Shown: in pieces, positions 26,890 through 42,009 of the stretch
How positions within the stretch are numbered: the stretch's first letter is position 1
Layout: every line of letters starts with the position of its first letter
NCBI GenBank assembly: GCA_964016885.1
Contig: OZ024741.1
Span: 182,280,001 to 182,344,000, forward strand
From: Eledone cirrhosa
Lineage: Eukaryota
Direction: 5' to 3'
Length of the DNA stretch: 64,000 nt
Translations under genes and position numbers: made by a program
Notes under the pieces: generated by a model
Databases searched by the model: none
What the model saw: only the letters and a program-made list of their open reading frames with translations
What the model was told of the DNA's origin: nothing

Positions 26890-27910
26890 AGCCCTTGGTC
26901 AGCCCTGAACTAGCAGATTTGTGACCTAAAGTATTATGACTATGAGCATCTCACCTATTCCCGGCATACTTTAACACTTCCTTCGCTAGACGATAGAGAA
27001 CGATTTGAGAGAAGAGCGACTATCTATAGATTCCTTTACTAGTTGGTGTTCAAGAAACTGGTCATAGAACAAATGAATGTGCCAAACCATAATAAATAGT
27101 TTTAGATTTCTAATATCCGTGTATTGTCAGACACCATTAAGCATTATAATGTGGTTTCTATATTTCAGCTTTCTTTACAAATCATACGAAATAATTTCGC
27201 TAATAACCCGTTATCCCCACTACCTCTTTAGCATTCTAGATCTTTTGTGCCAATTCCAACTACATATATCTTTGATCTCCTGTAATCTGCTATTCATTTG
27301 GATTCTATAGTGTGCAGCAGCTTCTATACGTGTGATGGCAAACATGATATGCGTGTAGATAGTGATAGGCCATAGGTGTTTTAGATGACTCGCGATGAAC
27401 TTTGAAATAGTCATTAAAGTTTAGGTAACATTTTTGAATGTTTGTTATCCTATATTTATCACAACACAAGTGAACACGTACCGTCAAAATTGACAGTGAT
27501 TCACATATATATTAAAAGCTTTTCATATGTATGGTTAATGCGAAGGACCTTAAAGAACTGGCAACTGATGAACTGAAGTAGAAGAGAGTAAGATGGATGT
27601 ATATCTAAATGGATGAATAACTGGCCATTGGAATCCTTCTAAATATACGTCGCTAGGAAATTAGAAACCAATATTTGTATTAAGGTGTGTCAATATATAA
27701 CTTACATTTGCTGTCAGTAGGAAACATGACTTATCTGAGCAACACACTTTATGTGACGCTGCTTCAAATTTTAAATAAACCTCATTCTTCTATTCTTAAC
27801 CCTCTCTACGTCACTTACCTTATCTCTACATCTCTGTATACAGCTTTTTAAAAGTTTTTTCTTCGTATTTTCTTACGCATTACAACGTGCATAATATTTG
27901 TAACGTTAAA

Positions 27911-27948
<38 letters not shown>

Positions 27949-29584
27949 CAACAGCAGTGCGTCTATGAGAAATTGAAAAAAGAGGGAGAGATAGAAATCT
28001 TACAAAGATTTTATAAAAATCAACTTACAGAAACTAAATATATAAAGATGTGCGTATTATTAGATTTGGAAATTTCAAATTATATCTTATAGTTTTATAA
28101 AGATATTATGAGAAAAGTATGACGCTTGTATTTACTAAAATCTAAAATACACGTACACATGTGGTATACATTAGAAATGCTGTTTGTACGCTGGTATACG
28201 TTGTAAGACCTGAAACCCCCGCTGACTTCAGGATACATAACTGATTATATCTGATAAAGAACCTCGGTTAAAATGCTTCACGATATTCGTTCGGGGACTT
28301 TGCGCTCTGAGATCAATTTTGCCTTTCATTATTTTGAGGTCGATAAATGAAATACCAGTCGAGTACTGGGGTTGTTTCCTTTCTTTAAGAAACCGGCTGT
28401 GTTCAAACCTGAAAACGGATGGTGGTTTGTCAGGTTTAAATCCCCAAGCCACGGCGTATATCACTACTGTGCCCCTACGACTCCATAAGGAGTAAAGGGC
28501 GCACGTGTGTATATAAAGTTATATTCTATTAAAACTCCTCTTAACATAAATATATCATTATATATCAAAATAAACCACATATCTATAAACATATAGCTAA
28601 AATTAGAATATATGTGATACTCTAATAACAAGATTACGAAAAAGATTGAAATTTCAACACATCACACTAAACATCACTGGTTTATACTGATATTTAATGC
28701 CCTGTTTTAACAATTTTTTTACTTTTCTATGACAATTTTCCTTGCTGAGATTTGCTAATCTCTTAAATACTTGTCTCTCTTCCAGCTTCCTGCCTTGTGT
28801 GTATGCGCCCGCCTCTCTTCCCTCTCTTCTCTTTCTCTTTCATTCAATATCTGTCACGAACGCATTTCCAATGAAATAATGTTACCACTATGTTGGAATC
28901 GATATTTTTTTCTTTTCTTTTCTTTTTTCTGAAAACTAAACTTTTACTTGTTTCGTCATTTTACTGTGGTTATGACGGAATGCCACTTTGAAGGAGTTTA
29001 GTTGAATTTATCGATACAAGTACTTATTGTTGCAAGCCTGTTACATATTTTATCGGAACGTTATGAAAGATTTAAAAAAAAAACTGTGTGATTTGTTTCT
29101 CTATTTATTCAAGCGATTTATATTAATTTATACTTTGAATTTTTAATCGATAATTTCAGAAATGTTACTTTTGAATAGTATGGTATTCTTTAACAAACAT
29201 GAATAACTGAAATGTACTCTATAGCTAACGACATTCAGGGAAGAGTAAATTTATCTTTAATTTTATAAGATTTCAACATTAATGAGTATACACCCCATCC
29301 AATGAATAGAATGCCTGCCTACGGCAACTTGGCTAACTTCATGATTAGTTGTAGTCCTGGGATCGTTCTAAGAAGAATGAAATAAACTAATTAGTCAATT
29401 TTGGTACTGTTCCAAACCCTAACATACGGGTATAGTAGGAGTTGTAAAGTTACCAATTTTGGGTAGATTGCTATTCTAACTAGAATACTAGTCAATGGAA
29501 TGTTATTTTAGGCTTCTGTAGGTCAGAGTTAACCATTTATCTACACTTGGAAAATTTCTCTTTAGAGCACAGAACTGTGCACTT

Positions 29585-29828
29585 TTATTTTATTTTATTT
29601 TATTTTATTATTATATTATATTATATTATATTATATTATATTATATTATAAAGTACCGGTAATGTACTGGGTATTTGCTGGCCTTGTGCCAAAAGTAGAA
29701 ACAATTATATTATATTATATTATATTATATTATATTTTATTTCATTATTTTATATGTGTGTATGTATGTATGTATGTATGTATGTATGTATGTATGTATG
29801 TATGTATGTATGTATGTATGTATGTATG
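29585..29828. repeat. (TTTTA/TTATA)n and (TATG)n microsatellites around a SINE A tail (29650-29708)
   Basis: Visible runs and the SINE 3' segment. Confidence 0.9.
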
Positions 29829-29829
29829 T

Positions 29830-30140
29830 CAGGTCACCATTTGGTGCTATTGGTAACATGTATCCCAGTACAACCTGTGTCATGGTCGGGTCGTTGGCGA
29901 CTAAACTGGCAACCCCACCAAGGTTTCTTGGTGAGGAGGGTATCTTTGGACATCCTGCAGGACTAAAAACAAAACCTGTCAAAGGGCAAAGGAGCTCTTA
30001 AGAGTCAATGGCCATCCAAAATCACTGGGAGAGATGACCCCTTAGCCTTTGTCGAGGCAGAATTCTAGGAGAAGGAAAACTCTGATATAACACCTGCAAC
30101 CCTGATGGTATCCAATGATGTTGACTTGTTCTTCTTTTTG
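29830..30140 (+). mobile_element. Probable LINE (RTE-like) 5' UTR fragment
   Basis: GC-richer block with ctaggagaaggaaaactctga, a motif I recall from RTE 5' regions. No ORF support. Confidence 0.4.
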
Positions 30141-30452
30141 GTAAATATCATCTTGGTTAAGAGAGTGGGACTGGCTTGGTGCAGTGCCTTTGCTCACTAT
30201 AAAAGCTTCACGGCACAGGCATTGCTTTGTATCTGGAGATCTCTCTGCACTTGTCGTCACATGGTACCATGGGCCCAGCACTATGTGTCAATAATTGTCA
30301 CAAGTGTAGTGTTTGTACCAGAGTTTTCAAGTCGCTGGCTGGACTAAAAAGTCACACTCGTTCAGCGCATCGGTAGGGGTTCTCCTACATGGATATAAAG
30401 TAGTGGCCGTACTCGAAAACGAGTTGGCAGCCACCATGTATGTATGTATGTA

Positions 30453-30500
<48 letters not shown>

Positions 30501-30807
30501 TGTGCGTGACGGAATGAATCTGTCTGTTTCGACGAGTATTGCAGTTGTTCTATCAATGGAACAACCTGTTCATGAAAGTAGCTAAGCATTCAAAAGAGGG
30601 AAGAAGATAGAGGGGGGGGGGGGAGATAGAGGAAGAGATGGTGAGAAAGATGAAAGGAGATGGTGAAATAGAGGGAATGAGATGGGGAAAGCGTGAGAGA
30701 GGGAAAGAGATGGGGAAAGAGGCAGAGTGGGAGAAAGATAACCAGCAGTTGTCCATGCAGTACCACTATTCTTTCTACGCAAATGATGTTATTTTTTTTT
30801 TAAAAAG

Positions 30808-31000
30808 GGCGGTGAATTGGCAGTATCGGTAGAGGGTCGGACGCCATGCTTTGACGCATAGAGTTACGGCCCTTGCCATTCTGAGTTCAAATCCCGCCGA
30901 GGTTAACTTTGCCTTTCATCCTTACGGGGTCGATAAAATAAAGTACCAGTAATACACTGGGTTATTGCTGGCCTTGTGCCAAAAGTAGAAACAGTTATTT
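30808..31000 (+). mobile_element. SINE family A, full-length reference copy (tRNA head, Meta/MESC-like central block, Tx1-like tail)
   Basis: A box tggcagtatcgg; B box gagttcaaatccc; central gcctttcatccttacggggtcgataaaataaagtacc; tail ggccttgtgccaaaagtagaaac-(TTA). About 20 copies or fragments in the window. Confidence 0.92.
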
Positions 31001-31252
31001 AAAGGAAAAACAAAGGCCGACACAGCTTGGACCCCTCAGAACTCCTAACGTAAAAAGCCGGAACAAATACTACTTATTTGGTCCAACATTAACAATTCCT
31101 TCGATCGATATTTCTCTCTGTGATAGTTGGACGTAGGTATGGCTGAACATATATGTATACATATATGTATGTACGTATACATACATACTTACATACATTT
31201 AAGTAACTGCCGTACTAACAGTGAGAAATGAAATTTCGTTTCATTCTATTCC

Positions 31253-31283
<31 letters not shown>

Positions 31284-31298
31284 CATATATATATATAT

Positions 31299-31490
31299 AG
31301 GTGGATTGGCAGTATCGGTATAGGGTCGGACGTCATGCTTTGACGCATAGAGTTACGGCCCTTTCCATTGTGGCTTCAAATCCCGCTGAGGTCAACTTTG
31401 CCTTTCATCCTTACGGGGTCGATAAAATAAAGTACCAGTAATGTACTGAATAATTTTCTGGCCTTGTGCCAAAGGTAGAAACAATTATAT
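31299..31490 (+). mobile_element. SINE family A, full length
   Basis: Same as 30808-31000. Confidence 0.9.
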
Positions 31491-32354
31491 ATCATTATAG
31501 ATGTAGTAAGGGTTTAACCGACTAAAGTTCATTCCATCACATTCACACATACAAATGCATAATGTGTGGGTGTGTGTGTGCGCGTGCGCGTGCGTGTGTG
31601 TACATACACCACAGTTTTACTTGGTACTATTTTTATGTGGTTCCATATTCTTGTATACCTATTGAATATTTTTATTTTAGTTATGAGCACGCCTAAAATG
31701 TAGCATGTGTGGGGGATGGTAGGTGTTCCAACAATAACGTTAATTATCACCTTTCACTAAAAACATATTTCCTAAGAAATATGGAGCCACTAAACAATAC
31801 TGCCAAGTAAGACTGGAGAATATGAAATAAAACCGCTTTTTTGTCTGAGCTCCTTTGTGTCATAGAAAATCGAGATATGCGTATTGACGGTGACAGAAAA
31901 GGAAGTGGGAGAAGATAAGTGTAAAGAAAGAAGAAAGGTATGAGCGCGATTGAAGCAAGGTCAGTACTGGACAGTTGGCAAAGAAACAAATTGTTAGAGA
32001 CAGAGCCAGGGATTGTTTGAAAAAGCAATTTCAGTATGTGGATGTTTGAAAAGTCTACAATAAAAGTTGAGCTGTAAAGGAATGTGAAATAAAGGAAGCG
32101 ATAACGAAAGACAGGTGTGTGGCTACTATTGTATGAAGAAAGGTGTCATTTGGATGATATGAATAATGCTTTAGGTTTCTTTGGAGAGCAATGTATCAAG
32201 TTTGAAAACCTCGATGGAATATAATGACTGGAAACCTTTTCAATTAATGGAGGGAATCTGATCTAAGGTTTCAAACCGGATTCTTATCACGTATAATTCA
32301 TGACATTCTGGAATTTAAGAATTACTGTTTCACGCTATATATATATATATATAT

Positions 32355-34066
<1,712 letters not shown>

Positions 34067-34140
34067 GAAAACATTTGAAAAATATATATCATTCTATACG
34101 TCATAATGTGGTAGCTAAGAACAATCAAACTCTATATTCA

Positions 34141-34204
<64 letters not shown>

Positions 34205-34211
34205 TAAAATA

Positions 34212-34287
34212 ACAGATTAAAGTTTAAGCAAAGAATCGCTGCTTTCACCGTTAACGGGATCTTCTGAAACTAACAAAGTCAATCTGT
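34212..34287 (-). ncRNA. Type I hammerhead-like motif with CAGAAGA core variant
   Basis: ACAGATTGA-bulge-AGTTT CAGAAGA t-c-CCG ttaa CGG-t GAA AGCA-loop-TGCT T^ AAACT TTAATCTGT. Stems I, II and III all pair. Confidence 0.7.
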
Positions 34288-34357
34288 AAACGCAGAAGTG
34301 GATATTTCAAAATATCGAGCCCTCTTTGGATTTTAGTCCTCAAATTTATTATTATTA

Positions 34358-34397
<40 letters not shown>

Positions 34398-34769
34398 TGT
34401 AGAAAATGATATGTTTAAGAAGGTTAAATGGACTGTAAAATGAAGACAACGAAAACATGTTATCTAGTATTTTTTCTCCCTGGTTCTAATATTTTGAGAC
34501 TTAAAATTCCCTTCCTCGGAGTATGGGGAACTCACTGACTAAAACGTTCCGGTCTTGTTGCTTTGAAATTAGATTTAAATTTAAAATTTATAAACCACTT
34601 GCAAGCGTTGCGTTTGATATTTGCTGTAGTATCCACGAGAAGCAGGAGGATGGTATCAATTGCCATATGTACGATCTCATTGAAGCAAATTGCTTGTGTA
34701 AATTGTGTTTAGGTTGCGTGTGTGGGCGTGTAGGTGTGTCCTATCATGTTAAGTATTGTGTGCTGAATT

Positions 34770-35930
34770 CCATCCTGTTGTTCATTTGAGAGTTAAGTCT
34801 ACGTATGAGGAGTGCTTCCTTTATTCTTATGTTGCCCACATTTCTCTCTCTGGCTTCAATATTGGCTGTTATGTTTTTGTTGATAGTTTTGCATATTCCG
34901 TATACGCGTAAATTCAGATCTTATCTATCCGGTTTTAGCACCAGAGGGAGGGGGAGGCTGACCTATAATGCACATACAGGTCTCTGCTGGCGACTTTCTT
35001 ATAGAAGTTGGTATATAAATCGCCTTCGGTTATTCTAAGTTGGAAGTCCAGCCGCAACAGGGAACCATTTTATCGGGGTGTTCTACTGTAAATCTTATGT
35101 TGTTAACTATTTTTGAGAACACCGTGGCTATATGTGATGGCTTGAAGGCCTGATAGACTGGGCCCCATGAGTAGGCCTGTTGTTTGTATGTGTGGTGTTG
35201 GAAAGTGAAGAATGTATTTTCTACAATGGTGGATAGGAGTTGATGTATGTCTGGAGGGGTGAGGCCGAAGCAGTATATGATGTATGAAATGATGTAGTCA
35301 GTCACTAAATTGATCGCTGGATGGGTCGGTGGGTATTGTCGTGTTAAGGGAGACTACGTCGAGGCTAAAGGTATATCTATTGAGTTTGCATTAGTTAGGT
35401 TCTAATTGACGTAGTCTTTGTATGACTTCTTCGGAACTGCTGACATGTTCGGGAAAAGTAGAAAGCATAGAGTTGAGGATCTGGGAGAGGAACCAAGAAA
35501 TTTTATAGTGGGGAGCTTCTATACTAGAGACTAGCACCGGTTTTGGGGGTTTTAACGAGGTGGTAGAATGTTGGCAGACTGCTGTTTCTGTTGGTGAAAT
35601 TGTTTTATACTTGCTGGGAGATTGTCTCCGTTTGCAGATATCCGTCCATGTGGTATTGATGTGGTCTTCAATCTGGAATGCAGCTATATCCGTCACTTCA
35701 CTTTATAGTTCTCCATTGCTAAGCTGCTTATATGCCAAGCTGATGTACGTGTCACGAGAGATGACGCAGAACTCTTTTATCAGAAGGGAAGTATACGGGG
35801 TCCTTCTCTCGCATATTGTTTAGAATGAGGTATTCTTTCTTGGATAGGTTAATGAATATCTTCTTATGTTTCTGTAATATTTTAAAAATAGACTGCTTCA
35901 GTCTGGAGAGTTTGAGGTGAAGCTCTCGAT
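34770..35930 (-). mobile_element. Decayed Penelope/Poseidon-like element (RT + GIY-YIG remnants)
   Basis: FYHLVK, VSSIEAPHYKISWFLSQIL, FSLDVVS, NTFFTFQHHTYKQ, IRFTVE, YRKS and terminal IKEALLI...MN across frameshifts and deletions. Confidence 0.8.
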
Positions 35931-35932
35931 TG

Positions 35933-36052
<120 letters not shown>

Positions 36053-36471
36053 ATATATGCGTGTATATGTGTAGGCATGCGTGTGTGTGTATAAATTTCA
36101 TACATATTTTTGTTAACGCATGCATCCACACCGGTTAGCACATACTTATTTATGAGCCTAAATCCGGAAATATTACTGTTATCAATACCTTCAGTATTTT
36201 TATGTTTAATCATTTTACTACTATTAACATCATTTTCCATATATGTTAGCTGGAAATCATTCGGCTATTCTAAAAAGTAAATTAATCTCCTGATTTTTTT
36301 CATAGCAAAATTACGTTTTTTTCCATTGCAAGAATTTGTTCTCGCTCCACACAATTCTCTTTGCATATATTTTGCTCATCTCAAGGGAACATCCTCACGC
36401 ACAATCGTTATGTCTTTTTTCTAAAAGCAATATTTGGTCGTAATGTTTTTGAAATATTTACTTCTGCGTCT

Positions 36472-36540
36472 ACAGATTGATTTTTCTCAGTTTCAGATGA
36501 TCTCGTTTAGAGTGAAAACAGAAATTCATTGCATATACTA
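36472..36540 (+). ncRNA. Diverged copy of the CAGANGA hammerhead-like family
   Basis: ACAGATTGA-bulge-AGTTT CAGATGA t-CTC gttta GAG-t GAAA ACA...TGC at ATACT. Shares upstream gaaatat..acttctgcgt with the 34212 and 45595 copies. Confidence 0.55.
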
Positions 36541-37188
36541 ATAATAAATCTTTCCTCTAAAGGTTTATATATACTTATATATACCCAACATTTATCGAGT
36601 CGCCTTTGAATTTTGGTATTTGTATTTAATATTACTATATACCAAATGAGAGAAAATTGGCGGAATTGTAAAAGCTCTTTGCATTATAAGTTCAAATCCT
36701 GTCATCATATAAGCGTTAGCGCTTTTGCTAAGATTTCCAATGAGCAGATAGTATCAGCATTGGAAAGACCAATGGAAATATTGTTTCCTTTTTCCAATCA
36801 GATCTTTTGTATACAGGGATGCAATACTCGTTGCCGCTTTTTTTTATTTGTGTTATTGAATATTGTAAACTAAAATTTAGAGACACTCAAGTACCCAGAG
36901 ACATTCTAACATACATAATAAAATTTATCAACATTTGAAAATGTCATACTTTCAGAATAGTGGAACCATCAATGGGTTGAAAAAAATATTTCGGTATATA
37001 AATAAGAGTCTTCACATCCTAATTCAAATTTGTAGTACATCTTTCCGAAGTCGGTTAAATAAAATAGCAATGAAGTTCTTGGATTTATATAACTGACAAG
37101 TATAAGATCTTTGTATCGTTGAGGAACCGTTAATTGTACAGATTAGGTGACTAACTAGCTAAAATATGAGTTTTGTAAAGCAAATATT

Positions 37189-37500
37189 GAAGGCGCGTGG
37201 CTTTGTGGTTAGGGTATTGAGCTCACAATCGTAAGGTCGTGAGTTCGTTGTGTCCTTGAGCAAGACACTTTATTTCACGTTACTCCAGATCACTCAACTG
37301 GCAAAAATGAGTTGTGCCTGTAGTTCGAAGGACCAGCCTTGTCACACACTGTGCCACACTGAATCTCCCTGAGAACTACGTGAAGAGTATGCATGTCTGT
37401 GGAATGTTCTGCCACTCGCATGTTAATTCCACGAGGAGGCTGTTACGTTCATTGGATCAACTGGAACACTCGTCGTCGTAACCGACGGGGTGTCTCCATT
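37189..37500 (+). mobile_element. SINE family B (tRNA-derived, CORE-type, OR1/OR2-like), near full length
   Basis: Head gaaggcgcgtggctttgtggttaggg...gtgagttcg; CORE-like tgtgtccttgagcaagacactttatttc; tail actcgtcgtcgtaaccgacgg. Confidence 0.85.
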
Positions 37501-38520
37501 AGAGGCACAATGAACAGTTAACGACGTTTATGATTTCGACCGATGATTATTTTCATCCACATGTGTAAGCTGTAAGTATTCAATAATTTGCGATGAAGAT
37601 AAACATTTGTCAGAAGATAAACATTTGTCAGAAGGTAAACGTTTTCGAAACAATTGGTAATACTGCCATTTTCTCTGCCCTGTCATTTTCAATTCACTGC
37701 TGAATGAAGAATCAGCAATTATGTTGGATTTAAGCCTACCAGTCCACGCTGGCCAAGTGCGGGTTGTAATGAGTTATGGAATTTTAACTCAATGAAAAGA
37801 ACTGGAACAGATACTGCAAAGAATCACATCCGACACTAACCATTTTTCTGATCCATCACACTTAAATGGTATTTTAATTCATCAACCTTGAAAGGATGAA
37901 GGCAAATTCGACCTCGGTCAAATTCACCACCTTCATGTGTATTAAAGGTGTTTAAACGTATATCTAGCTATATCGTGAACGTATATATAGCCACGAAAGG
38001 AATGGGGATTTGAATGACACACACCAATAGTAACTAAGGACGAGGGAAACAAGGAAAAGGTGAATACAAAAATGGAAAGAAGAAAATACAGGTGTGATGG
38101 GGAAAAGAAAGGGAAGCCAGAAAAAGAAATGTGTTTGTGTTATACAACATTGTTTCTTAGGTTGTAGACACAGTATAGCCAAATGGTTAAAGAGTTCATT
38201 TCACAATCATTAGGTCCCAGGTTTGATCCTGCTGCGTGGCATTTTAGGTAAATGTCATTTACCAAAGCTTTAAGTCGAACCACGTCTTGTGAATGAAATT
38301 GTGTACACGAAAACTGTTTGGTAGTTCGTCGGATGCATTGCACATGTAATTCAAATGGCCAGCTTTGATACACACTGTGTTACGTTAAATCACCTTCAGA
38401 ATTACGGTATGAGAACACATGTCCATGCAATAGAACAATTGTTAAATGTTATTGAACGTCTGGTGTTGACTTTGGATAAGGTTTTAGATAGCTCTTTTAA
38501 CAAGACTTATTCTTAGAAAA

Positions 38521-38713
38521 ATAATTGTTTCTACTTTTGGCACAAGGCCAGCAATTACCCAGTGTATTACTGGTACTTTATTTTATCGACCCCATAAGGA
38601 TGAAAGGCAAAGTTAACCTCGGCGGGATTTGAACTCAGAATGGCAAGGGCCGTAATTCTATGCGTCAAAGCAAAGTATGGCGTCCGACCCTCTACCGATA
38701 CTGCCAATCCACC
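38521..38713 (-). mobile_element. SINE family A
   Basis: Near-identical to the other copies. Confidence 0.9.
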
Positions 38714-39688
38714 ATGAGAGCTGATAAGGGTGAAGGTGTGCATATGAAAAGTTGTCTTGTACATTGCCTTTCTTTATTTTCTTCTTCCAATCACTTCTAT
38801 GCGTCTACACACTTCTCCTTGTTCCCCTCCTCTTTCAATCTCTCTTCTATTTCATCTGCCTGTCACCCACCTTGTGGGTTGTCTCTGTTGACCACTGGCC
38901 ACTGAATTTTGCCCATCGCTGTCCATCGCTATCTTTGACAGCATTTAGCTGTTTTAACGGTAGTTAAAGAGTTAAAGTCTTACTACAGCCAAGAGGTTTC
39001 TCAGACCGGAGTTTATCCTGGTTTTATATGGGGGTAAGAGGCTGAGAAGTGAACTTCAACATCCAGGTGCTGTTTCTGCTGGTGGTGCTAATATTTTCAA
39101 TTGAGTGGAGAGGAGCAACACGAAATAAAGTGCTTTTTTCGAGGACACAGCACGTCACATGTTCTGTGGATCAAAACTATGACATTCCGGTCGTGAGGGA
39201 AAACCCTAGCCATTAGGATCTGTGTTTTCATTACAATATTCATAAACAGCTTTTCTTATTATTGTAGTTTTTCATAATTTGATGATGCAAAACTTTTGGT
39301 TAAAGATATTATGCAAATTATATCTAAGTGTGTTTAGTTATATTTTCTATTTTGCATTGTCTAGTGTGTGTGTGTGTGTTTTGTTTTTTTCAACTTGTAT
39401 CAAAATGAATTAATCTATTTTCCGATCACTTAGTAAAGTCTTACTGATGTAATATAGTCGGATCTTTTGCCTAACGGTGAGCAATTGAAGTCTAACGTAT
39501 CAAGAAATTCAATTATTGGGGCTAACAGAACTTTTAAATAGTATCCTCATGTAAAGTATTGTTGTTTTCTTCAGACAGTTACGTTGAATGGTTTTATATG
39601 ATATTCTATATCCTTGGCCTTTGAGTGATAATTTCCTCGGTAGTGAACAATGAAAATTTAATTTCTGTAATGCATTGGCTTTCGGTGC

Positions 39689-39794
<106 letters not shown>

Positions 39795-40379
39795 AAAGAT
39801 CTATTTAAAGTTGTTGGTATACAACAAGTAAATATTATTATAACTGATATAAAGTACTCGACAAGTTTTTGGAGTAGATATACGATATTAATAAATGGAA
39901 ACTATATTTATGCAAATGCATATGTGTATATTAACATGCATAAAAAGTGTTATAGATTTTTTTGTTTCTATATATGTCTGTATATATACATGAGTGATGC
40001 GTGACGACGCAGGCAAATATTTATTTATACATATGTATGTGTATATATGTATGTGTATATATCTATGTGGTTGGGATGTATGTTGCAGATATGCATAATA
40101 TTAAACACATGAATGGTAATCGTATATATGAGGACATGAATGTTAATCGTATATATTTGTATATATATACTGTGAAATTTTTATAACACAAAGAATGTAT
40201 AGCAGTGATTAAGAGAAATCATTTACGTTTTGTATGGTTATATTGTTGGCTTGAGTAAACATAATTTCTATTTTCAGAACGTGCGTATCTATATGTATAT
40301 ATATATACATATATATTTGTATGTCTTTGCATAAAATACTGATCTCTATAGCAAGGGTACATTTTTGAACTCAGATTTT

Positions 40380-41062
40380 GATATATTGATCTCAAGTTTC
40401 TAAACTAAACATATAGTCATTTTTGAACAATGTTTAATTTCTCATATTATATATATATGTCCCATTCATGAATATTGATACTTATATTTTTATTATTCAT
40501 TTCATATAAATTGTTAACTCAACTTAATATGACATGACGTAAAGTTTTCATTGTCCCCCCCCCCTCTCTCTATATAGTATTTCTCTCTCTTGAGCTTTTC
40601 TCTCTGTATGATGACTTGATATCTCTCTGTTGCTTTCCTTTGTTTTTCTTATTTCTTCCTTTTCTTTATTTTTTATTTTTTATTTTTTATTTTTTATTTT
40701 TTATTTATCTCTTTCTTTTCTCCATACATTTCTCTCTCTCTCCGATATTTCTCCAGGTTTTCTTTCTTTCTCTCTCTCCGTCTTTGTTCTTTTCTCTCTC
40801 TGTCTTTTTCTTTTTCTTTATCTCCGTCTTTTTCTAATTGTGCTTAACACTGACTTATTAAAACAATATAAACAATTCACTATCCAGACAGCCTCCAAAA
40901 GTAATGGTTGTATTTTAAAAGGGTACGTCAAAGCTATTTGTAAAACTGTTATATATTGTATTTTGTCTGATGAAGGCATACCATAATTTACTATGGTATC
41001 CCTGAAATATGTATAATGAAATAAATATGGTTTTATAAATATAGTTTCCATTTATTAATATC

Positions 41063-41063
<1 letters not shown>
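40380..41063 (+). mobile_element. Non-coding HHR-bearing element (PLE-derived), 3' end at (TA)n
   Basis: Shares cactatccag, gggtacgtc, the HHR and the tail ttttataaatatagtttccatttat.taatatc with 44459-45133 (minus). 5' boundary approximate. Confidence 0.7.
40959..41023 (+). ncRNA. Minimal type I hammerhead ribozyme
   Basis: tattttgt CTGATGA AGG c ATACCATA atttac TATGGTAT c CCT GAAA T atgt A TA^ atgaaata. Predicted cleavage after 41015. Confidence 0.88.
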
Positions 41064-41129
<66 letters not shown>

Positions 41130-41130
41130 A

Positions 41131-41324
41131 TAGGAACGAGTAGGACCCCGACGGCTGAGCTCAAGCAGTTTCGACGGCTAATTCTGGTCCAGAATTTGCC
41201 GTCGAAACGGCTTGAGCTCAGCCGTCGGGGTCCTACTCGTTCCTATTAACCACTCTACTACCCTAAGTATTGAGTACTTTGGTGCGTTATGGTCCACCTG
41301 GTTCCTTACCACATTTCCTTCGTT
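41131..41324 (+). mobile_element. Fold-back mini-element in (TA)n carrying a half hammerhead
   Basis: 57-bp arms (41131-41187 / 41189-41245, 2 mismatches). Contains GCCGTC GAAACGGCT tgagctc AGCCGTC gggg. Homologous to 32355-32546. Confidence 0.85.
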
Positions 41325-41406
<82 letters not shown>

Positions 41407-41408
<2 letters not shown>

Positions 41409-41600
41409 CTGTTGTTGTCTGTGTGTGTGTCAACATTTTTGCAAAGTCTATACAAATCCACATTTCTACGCCGATTGACTTCAAACTTGCATTCATATAT
41501 TCCTTGCGGTCTAAAGATACTAACTGCCGCTTTTACTTTTCAATGTTTCTGTTGTTAAGGGGCTGTTAGGCGCCGGTTATCGATCTCCGTCGAGCCCATA
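41407..41600 (+). mobile_element. Possible non-autonomous Helitron/HINE-like 5' fragment
   Basis: gtctgtgtgtgtg followed by ccgattgacttcaaacttg resembles such 5' regions. No 3' end found. Confidence 0.35.
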
Positions 41601-41920
41601 TAATATCTGTCTGTATGTCTGGCTGTCTGCATAACGACATTCTGACGAACACGTCATTGCTGACGTATTATCTTCGCTACATTCACACACACAGACACAC
41701 ACACATATATATATGTATATACATATATATACATTTATATATATACACATATATAGATATACACATATATAAATATACACATAAAAATATATGTATATAT
41801 ACACACGCATACACATATATATATACATACATACATACACACACACATATATATGCATACATACACACACACACATATATATGCATACATACACACACAC
41901 ACATATATATATGCATACAT

Positions 41921-41990
<70 letters not shown>

Positions 41991-42009
41991 CTGTGTATAT
42001 ATATATCAC

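Noticed and set aside
30808-30900. tRNA gene
   Set aside because: A and B boxes are present, but the sequence continues into a multicopy SINE body and no proper cloverleaf is evident.
39835-39910. Possible further HHR remnant (ctgatataaagtactc...gagta) plus an inverted family tail
   Set aside because: The core is degenerate and there is no GAAA or stem III; only the tail homology is solid.
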